Source of the DNA: Rhizaria sp. SCN 62-66
Lineage: Eukaryota
Length of the DNA: 24,397 nt
Assembly (NCBI GenBank): GCA_001724265.1
Contig: MEDY01000022.1
Coordinates: 124,001-148,397, forward strand
Direction: 5' to 3'
Numbering within the stretch: the first letter of the stretch is position 1; each line of letters opens with the position of its first letter. Below the pieces are notes generated by a model that saw only the letters and a program-made list of their open reading frames with translations, ran no database searches and had not been told where the DNA came from. The position numbers were made by a program, and so were the translations under genes. Positions 10,401 through 20,785 of the stretch are shown piece by piece.

Positions 10401-12923
10401 CAGCGCAAGGCTGCCAAGGCTGCTGTGAAGAAGGCCGAGGATGCTGCTGCTGAGAAGCGTCGTGCTGAGAAGGCTGCTGCTGCAGCCACCGAGGCTAAGG
10501 CTGCCGCCGTGGCTAAGGCTTCCACCGAGGCCAAGGCTGCCGCCGAGGCCAAGGCAGCCGCTGAGGCTGAGGCTGCTGCTGAGGCAGAAGCCGCACGTGT
10601 TGCGGCTGAGCTTAAGGCTGCTGCAGAGGCCGCTGAGACCGCTGCTGTCGCCGAGGCTGCCCGCATTGCCGCGGTTGAGGCTGAGGCCAAGGCTGAGGCT
10701 GAACGTATTGCCGTTGCCGCTGCTGAGGCTGAGGCTAAGGCTGAGGCTGCCCGCGTCGCCACTGCGGAGGCCGAGACTGCGCGCATTGCTGAGGAGGTCC
10801 GCCTTGCCGCTGTCGCTGAGGCTGAGGCCAAGGCTAAGGCAGAGGAGGAGGCTCGTCTGGTTGCCGAGGCTAAGGCTGCTGCCGAGGCTAAGGCTACTGC
10901 TAAGGCTGCTGAGGCCGCCCGTGCTGCTGAGGAGGCTCGTCTTGCTGAGGAGGCTCGCATCGCTGCCGAGGCCGAGGCTGCCCGTCTCGCTGCCAAAGCT
11001 GAGGCTGCCCGTGTCGCTGCTGAAGCTGAGGCTGAGGCTGAGGCTGCTCGCGTGGCCAAGGAGACTCGCCTTGCTGAGCTTGCTGCCGCAGAGGCGAAAG
11101 CTAAGGCCAAGGCGGCAACTGAGGCCAAGGCTATTGAGGACGCACGCATTGCTGCGGAGGCTCAGGCTGCTGTTGCTGCCAAGGCCGCTAAGGTTGCTGA
11201 GGCTAAGGCAAAGGCTGAGGCAAAGGCTGCCGCTGACACTGCCAAGGCTGCCGAGGCTGCTGCCAAGGCCAAAGCCGCCAAGGAGGCTGCTGATGCGAAG
11301 GCTGCTGCCGACGCTGCCGCTGCCGGGGCCAAGGCTGCCGAGCGGGCCAAGGCTAAGGCCGAGGCCAAGGCCGCTGCGGAAGCTGCTGCGAAGGAGAAGG
11401 CTGCTGTTGATGCTGCAGCCAAGACCAAGGCTGTCGCCGCTGCCAAGACTGCGGCTGAGTCGAAGGCAAAGGCCAAGGCTGACGCCAAGGCCAAGGCTGC
11501 TGCTTCTGCCGCCGCTGCTTCTGCTGCTGCTGCCGCAGCCTCTGTGAGCAACACCGGCGTCAGCGCTTCCAAGCCCATTCCTCTCCCTGCTGCTGCCGCC
11601 GCCGCCGCCGCTGCCGCCGCCACCGTGACCGTGTCCCCGCGCGCGAACCTCATGGCCGCGAGCATCGCCCACTCGCTGGCGAACAACCACAGCGACATGG
11701 CATGCGACCTGCTGGCGCAGGGCAAGGTCGGCTCTGGCAACATCCTCCGCCTCTCGCTCTCCGCGCGCGACATCGACGCGCTGGCGGCGGCCACCGCAGA
11801 CAGCTCCGTGGCCGTGGCCGTGGCCGTCGTGTCGTCGGACACGGCCGCCAAGTGCACGCCCCGCGTCTCGCTGTCGCCGCACGATATCGCGGCGAACCTC
11901 GCTGTCGGCTCCCCGGTGCGCGTTAGCATCAGCGTCCTCGAGGACCACGCCAGCGCCGGTAACATCACCGCGGACGACAACACTGACTCTTGCGTTGCGA
12001 CCGAGACTGACGCCGCTGCTGCGGACGCGTCGGCCGTTGCTCTCGAGGTCAACGCCGTCATGAGCGCCCTCGTCGACAGCACCAGTCCCGCCTGCATCGA
12101 CACCAACCTCCCCGAGCCTTGCGTTGAGATCAGTGCCGCTCCTGTCGATGCTGCTGCCAATGCCGATGCTGAGTCCCCTGTCTCGGTCACGGTGCACAAC
12201 GAGTTCGAGGTGGAGATCTCGCGCACCGCACCCGCCGCACCCGCCGTGCTCTGGCACCGCTCCGCGCTGCAGCGCATCGCGGCTCGCTGGCAGCGCGCCG
12301 GCAACAGCCCGGCCTCGGCGGCCCTGGGCGCCGCGCTGGCCCGCCTCGAGGCGCTCACGGCCTGCGGCGACAGCGAGTCTATCCGCAGCGCCGTTGCGTC
12401 GGCCTTCACCAAGAAGTACAGCGAGCTGCTGCCATCGCCGGGCCAGACGGCGGTGGCGGAGAGCGTGCTGGTGCGGCTGCTGTGCCACCCGCACACGAAC
12501 GCGCCCGAGTGGCAGCCCGACGACGACGCCGTGAGCTGCAATGCGTGCACGCGCGAGTTCCGCTGGTTCCGCCGCCGCCACCATTGCCGCATGTGTGGGC
12601 TCGTCTTCTGCGCCGCTTGCTCGGCGCAGAACTCGCCGCTGCCGTGGGTGCTCGCGGCCGAGCGCGTGCGCGTGCGCGCCAAGCTGGCCGCCAAGGAGCT
12701 GCAACGCCGCACCAAGGCCGCCCGCAAGGCCGGTCGCGAGCTCACCGCCGAGGAGAAGAGCATTAGTCTTGACGCGATCGACGTCGACACCACGATCCTG
12801 CTCAAGAAAGTCGACGAGTACCGCGTTTGCGACTGCTGCGCCGCCGTCGGCGGCACGCGCCTCGCGATGCGGGTTGAGACTGAGGCTGCCAAGCGCAAGT
12901 CTGCCAACAGCAACACGCTTTAA
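4455..12923 (+). CDS. Very large (~2,770 aa) protein: disordered S/T-P-rich N-terminus, ~1,130-aa Ala/Glu/Lys/Arg helical repeat rod, C-terminal FYVE zinc finger; two frameshifts in this assembly
   Basis: Exon 1 4455-4870, intron 4871-5039, exon 2 5040-12923 (TAA). ORFs 5011-8691, 8117-9418 and 9174-12923 continue the same AEEARL-type text across frame breaks at ~8683 and ~9413. FYVE motifs: WQPDDD, CNAC, RRRHHCRMCG, CAAC, RVCDCC. Confidence 0.85.
4871..5039 (+). other. spliceosomal intron (169 nt)
   Basis: CG|GTATGT ... tttctctag|T; phase 2 restores the Arg codon and joins ORF 4455 to ORF 5011 in frame. Confidence 0.85.
8593..8682 (+). repeat. 5 perfect 18-bp tandem copies of GCCGAGGAGGCCCGTCTC (AEEARL)
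   Basis: Read directly; the frame break follows immediately at 8683. Confidence 0.95.
9344..9449 (+). repeat. ~6 tandem 18-bp copies of GCTGAGGAGGCTCGTCTT (AEEARL); fourth copy lacks CT
   Basis: Read directly; the 16-nt copy at 9398-9413 causes the frameshift. Confidence 0.9.
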
Positions 12924-13550
12924 GTGTACTTTCTATGTATAAATCAGTTTTGCATCGCACATTCTGTGGTAAGCAAGACAAACTGTAATATGCATTTCTA
13001 TTTGTTTTTTTGTTAGAGATCAATTTTAAGTCGAGGTATTCTTTTATAATTGGGTCAAATTTCCCCTTCGTACGTATTATCAATTATGGCAACAACAATG
13101 ATGCTGTTGCATGAAAAAGCATAACTGAGTTGTTTAGGACCACATGGCAATCTCGTTGTGTGAGCCTCGTGGTGACTCGAAGACAGTCGTCACGTTTTCA
13201 CTTGTTTTATGCTATCCAGAGTGTATTTTCAAACCAATAAACGATGTTTATATGAAGCATATATGATGTTTATTCTCAAGATTTTGATGTATGGCCAGCT
13301 TTAGTGCTTGTTACTGGTACCGTATGCATGCAGTAACATCGCATGATTATACGTCACAACGCATTGAATAGAAATATAAACTAAATAGGCCAATATGCAT
13401 CTGAATGTGTTTTATAACACGTTTAGTGCGCATAAATTACGTTTTCGCAACACACAGAAGTCACGACTCAGAAGTCATGACTCACCGTCGTTCTCCTTCA
13501 CTTGGCTCTTGCTTGCTCGAGTGAGTGCTTTGCGGCTTCCCTCAGAGTAC

Positions 13551-14428
13551 TCAGAAGAGGCTCTTCCACCAGGGCTTCTTCTGCCCGGCCTCGGCGGCCT
13601 CCTTCTGCTTGCGTTTGATCGCGGCCAGCTCATCGTACCACGCGTAGAGCTGCTCGCTCTTCTGCCCGCTGCGGCGCTCCTCCATGAAGTCGCGCAGCAG
13701 CTCCACCGTCTCGTCCGCCGTCTTGCCGTTGTTAAGCGCGTCGCGCGCGAGCTGGCGCTTGGTCGAGCCCCAGTAGTCCTCCTCGCGGCCGCGGCGGATG
13801 AGGTTGCGCATGTAGATCATGCCGCACATGAGAACGGGCATGTAGCCCGCCATGCGCCGCTTCACCCACAGCGCGTTGAGCTCGCGGCCGGGCACGCGCA
13901 TAGCGATCGAGCCCAGGCCCATAGCCGGCAGCAGCGCGCGGCGCTTGGCCAGGTCCGTCTCGACGATGTAGCGCTCGGCGGCGCGCGTCTGGCCGACGCT
14001 TTGGATGTACTTCGTCCAGCCGTAGGCGAGGATGCCGTAACAGGCGAACTGCTCCGCGATGTGCTCGATGTACAGCGTCTTGGCCATCCAAGTGCTGTAC
14101 AGCGGAAAGCGGGATGTCGAGTCTGCGGGGGTTTAGTAAGGTCGGATACGAACGTGTAGTACGCAAAGTGAGCGGAGTAAGGTACGTAAAAGTGGAAGTC
14201 GAACGTTCGGAGTGCGAAGAGCGCAGAGCATGGTATATGACGGAAGGGAAACGTACGCGGGGGCTTGGGGGGGTTGTCAAGGTACTCCTTGCTCTGGAAG
14301 GGGTCAACGCCGTCGACGAGTAGGATGGGCTTCTCCTTCTTGACAGGGGCAGCGGTGGTGACGGCAGCGTTGACAGCGATGTTCATCGTGGGTGCGGGGG
14401 GCGTGGCGGGGGAGGCTGCAGTAGACAT
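13551..14428 (-). CDS. Hypothetical 247-aa protein, 2 exons
   Basis: Exons 14428-14257 and 14122-13551; the phase-1 intron yields ...NPPKPPHSTSRFPLYSTWMAKTLYIEH...KKPWWKSLF, ending in TGA; strong C/G third-position bias. Confidence 0.8.
14123..14256 (-). other. spliceosomal intron (134 nt)
   Basis: C|GTACGT ... actaaacccccgcag|AC; frame-preserving. Confidence 0.8.
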
Positions 14429-14848
14429 GTAACCTTCGATATAGAGTGTTTAAATAAGGAATTAAAAGGATACGGATGAGTCATACTCGGGAATCGAACA
14501 ATTTTCCTAACAGTCGGTTCTGACACCTCGTGTTCATATCCTCCGCAGGCTTGTCCACTGAGCTCTGTTCGCCCACGGTCCTGGTTGGACATGGGTGGTG
14601 ACGGGGACCAATTCTTTCCGCTCGGTGCATTCCGTAACACATCCTTGAACAGAGTTAGTTCTTCCATAAAAGGACTTTAGTGCAAGTTTTCCATGCTATA
14701 TTACTTAGAAATTTTGCAAAGCAATGGGAATTACCGTCAACTTCGCCCGGGAAAAGCATGGGTCTTGTTGTCTCGTTTCGGGCCTGCTCGCACTTCGTTT
14801 CGCTCACCGTTTACACTTCTTTACTCACTTTTCTGACTTTTAGCGGTG
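14429..14848. promoter_or_regulatory. Compact (420 bp) putative bidirectional promoter between the orphan gene and purA
   Basis: Head-to-head ATGs at 14428 (-) and 14849 (+). Confidence 0.55.
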
Positions 14849-16279
14849 ATGTTCTCCGCGACATCTCTGTCCAAGCTTGCCCCGCGCGGCGCTTCGTCCG
14901 CGCTGCGCAGCACCGTCGGCCGCGTTTCCTCCGCCGCGCTGTCCCGCCGCACGGCTGTGACCAACGCTGCGACCGACAAGTTCGCCACCAAGGCCGGCCT
15001 GGCGACTGTGCTGGGTGCGCAGTGGGGCGACGAGGGCAAGGGCAAGCTTGTTGACATCCTTGCGAAGCAATACGACATCATCGCGCGCTTCAACGGTGGC
15101 GCCAACGCCGGCCACACGCTCGTCGTCGAGGGCAAGAAGTTCCCTTTCCACCTGCTTCCCTGCGGCATGCTGTACAAGGACAAGCTCAACGTCATCGGCA
15201 ACGGCGTCGTGCTCGACCTCAACACCATGAAGCGCGAGCTGCAGACGCTCTGGGACGCCGGCCACGACACGACAAATAGGCTCGTGATCTCGGACCGCGC
15301 GCACATCGTGCTGCAGATCCACAAGGACGTCGACGGCGCGCTTGAGAACAAGGCCAACGTCTCCGGCACGGCCATTGGCACCACGCGTCGCGGCATCGGA
15401 CCGACGTACTCGTCCAAGGCCAAGCGCGACGGGCTCCGCGTCGCCGAGCTGGTGGGCGACTGGGACACGTTCGTGCAGCGCCACACGGCGCTCGTGCGCT
15501 CGCTGCAGACTATGTACGGCGTCTCGCCCGCCGACTACGACCTGGAGGGCGAGCAGCGCCAGCTCAAGGAGCACGCCGAGATGATCCGGCCCTGGGTTAA
15601 GGACACGGTCTCGCTGCTCAACAACGCGCTCAACGATGGTAAGCGCGTGCTGGCCGAGGGCGCCAACGCGTGTCTGCTCGACATGGACTTCGGCACCTAC
15701 CCCTACGTCACCTCGTCGTCGACCACGGTCGGCGGCGTCGCTACGGGGCTCGGCGTCGCGCCCACAAAGCTGGGCAGCGTTATCGGCGTTGTCAAGGCCT
15801 ACACGACGCGCGTCGGCGCGGGCCCATTCCCTACGGAGCTGACGGACGAGAACGGGAAGCAGCTCTGCAAGGTGGGCCACGAGTTCGGCACCACCACGGG
15901 CCGCGAGCGCCGCTGCGGCTGGCTCGACATCCCCGTGCTGCGCTACTCGAACATGGTCAACGGCTACTCGTCGATCAACATCACCAAGCTCGATGTGCTG
16001 TCGGGCTTCAAGGAGATCCAGATCGGGACACACTACACTGTCAACGGGACGCGCCTGCCCGATGGCCACATGCCGGCCACCATCCCCGAGCTGGCCAAGG
16101 TGCAGGTCGAGTACGAGACCGTGCCCGGGTGGATGTGCGACATCTCCAAGGCCAAGTCCTTCGCGGACCTGCCCGCCAACGCCCAAAAGTACGTCAAGCG
16201 CGTCGAGGAGCTGCTCAACATCCCCGTGTCCTACATCGGCGTCGGACCCGGCCGCGAGGAGATGATCTCTACGCAGTAA
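14849..16279 (+). CDS. purA: Adenylosuccinate synthetase with N-terminal extension
   Basis: Motifs GAQWGDEGKGK, GGANAGHT, IGTTRRGIGPTY, DFGTYPYVTSS, EFGTTTGRERRCGWLD, TKLDVL, IGVGP; intronless CDS; TAA stop. Confidence 0.98.
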   Translation: MFSATSLSKLAPRGASSALRSTVGRVSSAALSRRTAVTNAATDKFATKAGLATVLGAQWGDEGKGKLVDILAKQYDIIARFNGGANAGHTLVVEGKKFPFHLLPCGMLYKDKLNVIGNGVVLDLNTMKRELQTLWDAGHDTTNRLVISDRAHIVLQIHKDVDGALENKANVSGTAIGTTRRGIGPTYSSKAKRDGLRVAELVGDWDTFVQRHTALVRSLQTMYGVSPADYDLEGEQRQLKEHAEMIRPWVKDTVSLLNNALNDGKRVLAEGANACLLDMDFGTYPYVTSSSTTVGGVATGLGVAPTKLGSVIGVVKAYTTRVGAGPFPTELTDENGKQLCKVGHEFGTTTGRERRCGWLDIPVLRYSNMVNGYSSINITKLDVLSGFKEIQIGTHYTVNGTRLPDGHMPATIPELAKVQVEYETVPGWMCDISKAKSFADLPANAQKYVKRVEELLNIPVSYIGVGPGREEMISTQ

Positions 16280-16820
16280 GTAAACAACGCCAAACTTCTA
16301 TACCATTCGATCGTGTGCTGTTCCAGTTTGTTTGAAGATGGTGTTTTGTTGCTCTGTTTTCCGTCTGCTGTCGTGTGAGTCGCACCAAGCACGGTTGTGC
16401 GATGTGTTCATGCGAGCAGGCTTTCTTTTGGTTTACGTCTATAGTTTTATAGCCTTATTGTTGGCGCAGTGGTTTTGCGTCTCTTAGTTTCTGTTTTGTA
16501 TGGGACAGGGAGGTTTCAGTGCCGGTTTGCAATTGATATGTCGATCTGACCACAAACGTTGTTTCCACTTCGCTGTCCGCCAAACCTAGCCTTCCAAGCT
16601 TTTCCTTTGTCTCGACCCGAGAGGGTTTATTTATGTGCTGAGAAGCACATTCTTTGATATCATACATTTGAAGTAATTTCAAACTTGAAATTTAATACTC
16701 TTGGCTTTTGACGATCATCCCACGCTTTTCCAGCTCATCTTAATCTGTTGCTTTCGCATCTCACCACTCTCGATCTCAGTATACAGCACCCCTGCATTCC
16801 TTTGATAACCCCGCCACACG

Positions 16821-19800
16821 ATGAGGCGCCGTGGTCGCGAGATCGTCGCCGACTCCTACTTTAATCCTGACGAATGGGAGCCCGTGGTGTCGACACCGGG
16901 GGCACAACTGTCCTCTCCCTTCGCCCCCAGCACCGTACGCCAGGCCATCGCTGTCCCCACCGCCGTCTTTGCCGCTGCTGCTGCCGCCCAGCCCCAGCCT
17001 ATGACAGGCGCTAACGCTCCCGCCAACATCTTTGCCTGGGCGCAGTCGCTTACCGCAGCTGCATCACGTACCACTGACACGTCAACCGATAGCGCGTCGT
17101 CTGCGGCGGAGGACGCTGCTGCCGATCCGATGTCTGCAATGCCTGGGCAGTGGGGCGAGGTGACTGCGGTATCTCTTGCGGTGACTGCGCTTGAGCAGAT
17201 TGTAGTATACCGCGCCGGTGACACTGTTGACGATGATGCTGACGCAACTGATGCTGATGTCAACAACACTGATGTTGGTGACGATTCAAGCGCTCGGATC
17301 AACAACTGTAATAGCAGCGCAAACAAGAACTAGTCCAAGAACAAACGCAATGCCCCCAATGTTGTAGCAACCGACGATAACGTGGACACTGCTTACGATA
17401 CTGCTGCAAACAACGCCGTCAAGCACATGGGCAAGAACAATGTTACAGTCTACGACAGGCAATCCGACGGGGCGAGCCGCGGCGGGCAACGAAGCGGCAA
17501 CACCAGCAGCTACTACAAGAAGTCTGCTGATGACCACGACGACGGCCTAGACACGACCCAGCGCGCTGCGTTCCCGCTTTCGATGGACTTCCTGGCAAAG
17601 AAGACTCGCAAGCAGGCGCAGCTGCGCCGCAGCAAGGCCACCAAGAGGGCCCGTCCTGCTGCTAGCGCCGCTACTGGTGCTGCTGCTGCTGCTGCTGATA
17701 CCGCAGGCGCTGACACTGATGCTGCTGACGATGCTGCTTATGATGACATCGAAACTTTCAGCGACGCTGACGGCGAGGGCGAGGGTGATTATGGCGATGG
17801 CGAAGAGGACGTCAGTAACTGTGATATTGAGGACGAGGAGGATGAGAGCTGGGATTGGGACTCGAAGGGGCTGCCGACGACTGCGGAGGAGTACCTGTAC
17901 CGCGTGCGTGTCGAGGCAGGGCGCATCACGACGGTCGTTGACTCGAGCGCGAGCGCTGGCTCTACCACTGCCGGCAACACAGAGACTTCGAACAGTGTCA
18001 TCACGACGAACTCGAACTCGAGTTTGACGAGTGCTGCGACACCTGCGAACGATGCGATGACTGACGATCCCGTTGGTGTATCTGTACCAACTGTGAGCGG
18101 CGCAAAGAGCGACGCCAATGCTGCTGACGCTGACGTGGCAAGTTGCGATCCTGCCATTCAAACTGACAATCCTGATGTCACCATTGCGGCGAGTGCCGAC
18201 TCAGACCGCAGGAGTACCCATGCTGTTATCAAGGCTGCGTCTTCCCCTGGGGCAAAGTCTACTCAGTCGCACTCTCAGGCGCAGTCGTCGCAGCCGGCAT
18301 TGACGCCCTATCAGCGCTATTTGGCCGCCGCGCGCGCTGCCCGCCCCCACCCTGCTCTTGTCCCTGCGCAAAACAGCATTACAAACACCCATCACGGGGC
18401 CCGTGGTAGTGCCTGCTGCGTCAGCGACGCTGCGGTCGCCGCAGCAACTGCACATGTGACCCTCAAGGCCCTCCGCAGGTACCTGCACCAACACTGGTCC
18501 CACTACAGGCACGGCATCGTCGTCTCCGTCACAAACGCTTTTTTACTCGCCGACGCCCACCGTCTAGTGGCCCCTGCGCTCTCGCAGTCGGTCCCGGCCG
18601 CGTACTTCGCCGCGGCGGCTGCCGATGTGGCGCTCACGGGCGGCCAGTTTGTCGGCGCAGGCTGGGGCGACAGCGGGCAAGTGACCGTAAACAGTGACGG
18701 CGCTCTCGTCAGCTCTACCTCTGCATCTCAGTCCGGGAGCGCTACGGTTAACATGGCTGTCAGTGCTGCAGTTGAGATGGCTCAGCCGTGGTCGGCCAAT
18801 AGCGGCAACAACAGCAACACGTCGCTGAGCACCCCGTTCTGGCCTTGGTACCCGATGCAGTCTGAGGCGGCCAACACGCACACGAGCGATGTTTCAGCTG
18901 CGAACGCGTGTGTCACCAAGTCGCCCTGGCGCCCTGGGGCCTCCGGCGCGAGCGTCGACCCCGACGGACCCGCTGCTCTGCTGCACATTCTCGGCACGCG
19001 GCTTACCTTACCGACTAAGGGGTCGCTGAGATCTGGGGCACGGTCAGTGAACCGGCTGACCATGAGTCCGAGTGCGCAGTTACGCGCTTTTTACTCTCAG
19101 CAAGTCAATAGCGACGAGCCACAGGATGCGGAAGTCGAGGCTCCTGGCGGTGCTGCCAGTGAAGATGCAAGTTCCAATGCAGCTCTTGAGAGCGAGATGA
19201 TGCCGTGTTTCGATGTGTTGTATCTCTGCCTTCCTCACCATCAGGGGTCCTCCGACTCACAACAACCTTTGCACCCGTTTGTGATGCCGATGTTGCCACC
19301 GCTGTATTTGCGCTCGAGTAGTGACTATCCAGACAGTGATCCGCTTCCATGCGGCCACAAGCCGGATGTTTCTGCCGACAATGTGGTGGCAGCGGCTGAC
19401 CCATCTGCTGCGATGCCATCATCGCCTCCTGCCACATTTACAAAGCGCCAACCTACACTGCGCAGCGTCAATAGCACAGCCGGTACCATAGGAAACGAGG
19501 CCGGCAACAACGACGATAACACCGACGATGCTCTGCTGCCCCCGCCACCGCCCCCGCCCCAGTCCGAGACCCCACCTCCGCCGCCGCCTCCGCCGCCGGC
19601 CGACGACGCTGCCGACTCACCGTCACGTGCAGACGGCTCACAGTCGCTGGCCTCTGACTCAAAGCCGCCTGCTCAGAGCTCACAGTCACCTGCGCAAGGT
19701 GCGCAGTGTGGCGTGTGTGCACCGCTTCTAAAGGGCGCTGTTGCAAGCGTAAAGACAGTGCTGCAGCTTGAGCCAGTTGTCATCTCCGCGCTGTTGCCCG

Positions 19801-20414
19801 CGCTTGCGACTACAATGACAAGCGAGTGGGATGCGATCATCAGTGTCATGAAGACGAGTGACTGTGAGCAGCACATGTTCTCGACCGCGCGTACAATGCG
19901 CACGTTGATCCAGTTTGCTGACACTGAAACACGCGGCGCTAGCCCGGCGAGTGATGCGGCGAGCAGCCAGGATCGCGCTGCTGAGCCGGCGACTGCTGTC
20001 GACACAGTGCTGGCCCTGCCTGTGCTCTCGGCCCACGCGCTGCAGTGGCTGTGGTTGCTCTGCTGCGCGGCTGACACGCCGTTGGACGCGGACGCTGCGA
20101 GCGCGCTCAGTGCCCTGCACAGGATGCTGGGTGCGGTGCGGAATACGCTGGCGAAGGCAGTCGTCAGGATCGCCAAGGTGGCAGGACACAAGAAGAGTGG
20201 CGGTGTCGACTCTGAGAGTGACTTTGCAGCGTTACTCTCACCGAATGCGGTGCTACCCGCGTACGTGGAAGGCAGCGCTGACGACGAAGCGGGGTCAGAG
20301 ACCGTGGCTGCTCTGCCGGCTGAGTGGAGGCGCGCTGTGACGGGCGTCGCGGGCCAGTACTCGGCTATTCTCCGAGTCATTAGGACCAGGTTCCGCCAAG
20401 GTTCATTCGAGTAA
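16821..20414 (+). CDS. Gemin2 (SIP1)-like SMN-complex protein, expanded to ~1,197 aa; in-frame TAG at 17331-17333
   Basis: ORFs 16821-17333 and 17382-20414 are in the same frame, separated only by TAG. Gemin2-like motifs: LPTTAEEYLYRVRVEA (from 17871), LQWLWLLCCAADTPLDADAASALSALHR (from 20040) and C-terminal ILRVIRTRFRQ; TAA stop. An alternative start ATG lies at 17427 if TAG is a true stop. Confidence 0.7.
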
Positions 20415-20785
20415 ACTATTATCTTTAGCTTTCGTATACAAAGAGAATACACAATTCAGCAATTTTGTTTTGCAGACTCCCTGTTTTGACTCGTTGCATC
20501 ACTTTTTGTTGATTAAAAAGTGACTTGTGGCTGAGTCGGTGACCGAACCCACGGTCCTTTTTCGAAATAGGCGTTACTTGTGTGAGGACTGAAGGCCCAA
20601 CTTTGAAGGCGTTGTTTGCCCTGCAGATCCGCACACTTCCGTTGAAACCGGAAGTTCCGTTGGTACTGCGCCGCAAGTAACTTGTGCCTTTTAGAAAACA
20701 CGCCCCGGTGTTGTATCCCGTCCCCAGCCGACTCTTCGTCCAGCCACTTTCCCGAGCCTCAACACTCGAAGCGTCCGCTGCCGCC

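Larger units (their letters stand above)
8130..11540 (+). repeat. Degenerate coding repeats (AEEARL, AEAEAARLAEVARLE, AEAKAAA)
   Basis: Almost only GCT/GCC, GAG, AAG and CGT/CGC codons; recurrent 6-15-aa helical units. Confidence 0.9.

Noticed and set aside
8038-12916. Very long antisense and alternative-frame ORFs (e.g. 9309-12704, 1131 aa)
   Set aside because: A by-product of stop-poor GCT/GAG/AAG repeats; Ser/Leu/Arg low-complexity translations with no motifs
14094-14096. Apparent frameshift in the orphan gene if the acceptor gtacag is used
   Set aside because: The upstream acceptor at 14123-14124 restores the frame with no error
2073-17333. Pyrrolysine, selenocysteine or pseudogene explanation for the internal stops
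   Set aside because: Sec uses UGA and Pyl is not known in eukaryotes. Neither gene shows other decay (no further stops or frameshifts over ~1,000 codons each), though recent nonsense alleles cannot be fully excluded.
20522-20577. tRNA-like A-box (TGGCTGAGTCGG) and TTCGAA, considered as a possible UAG-decoding tRNA
   Set aside because: Cannot fold D, anticodon or acceptor stems and the spacing is wrong; no tRNA found in the window
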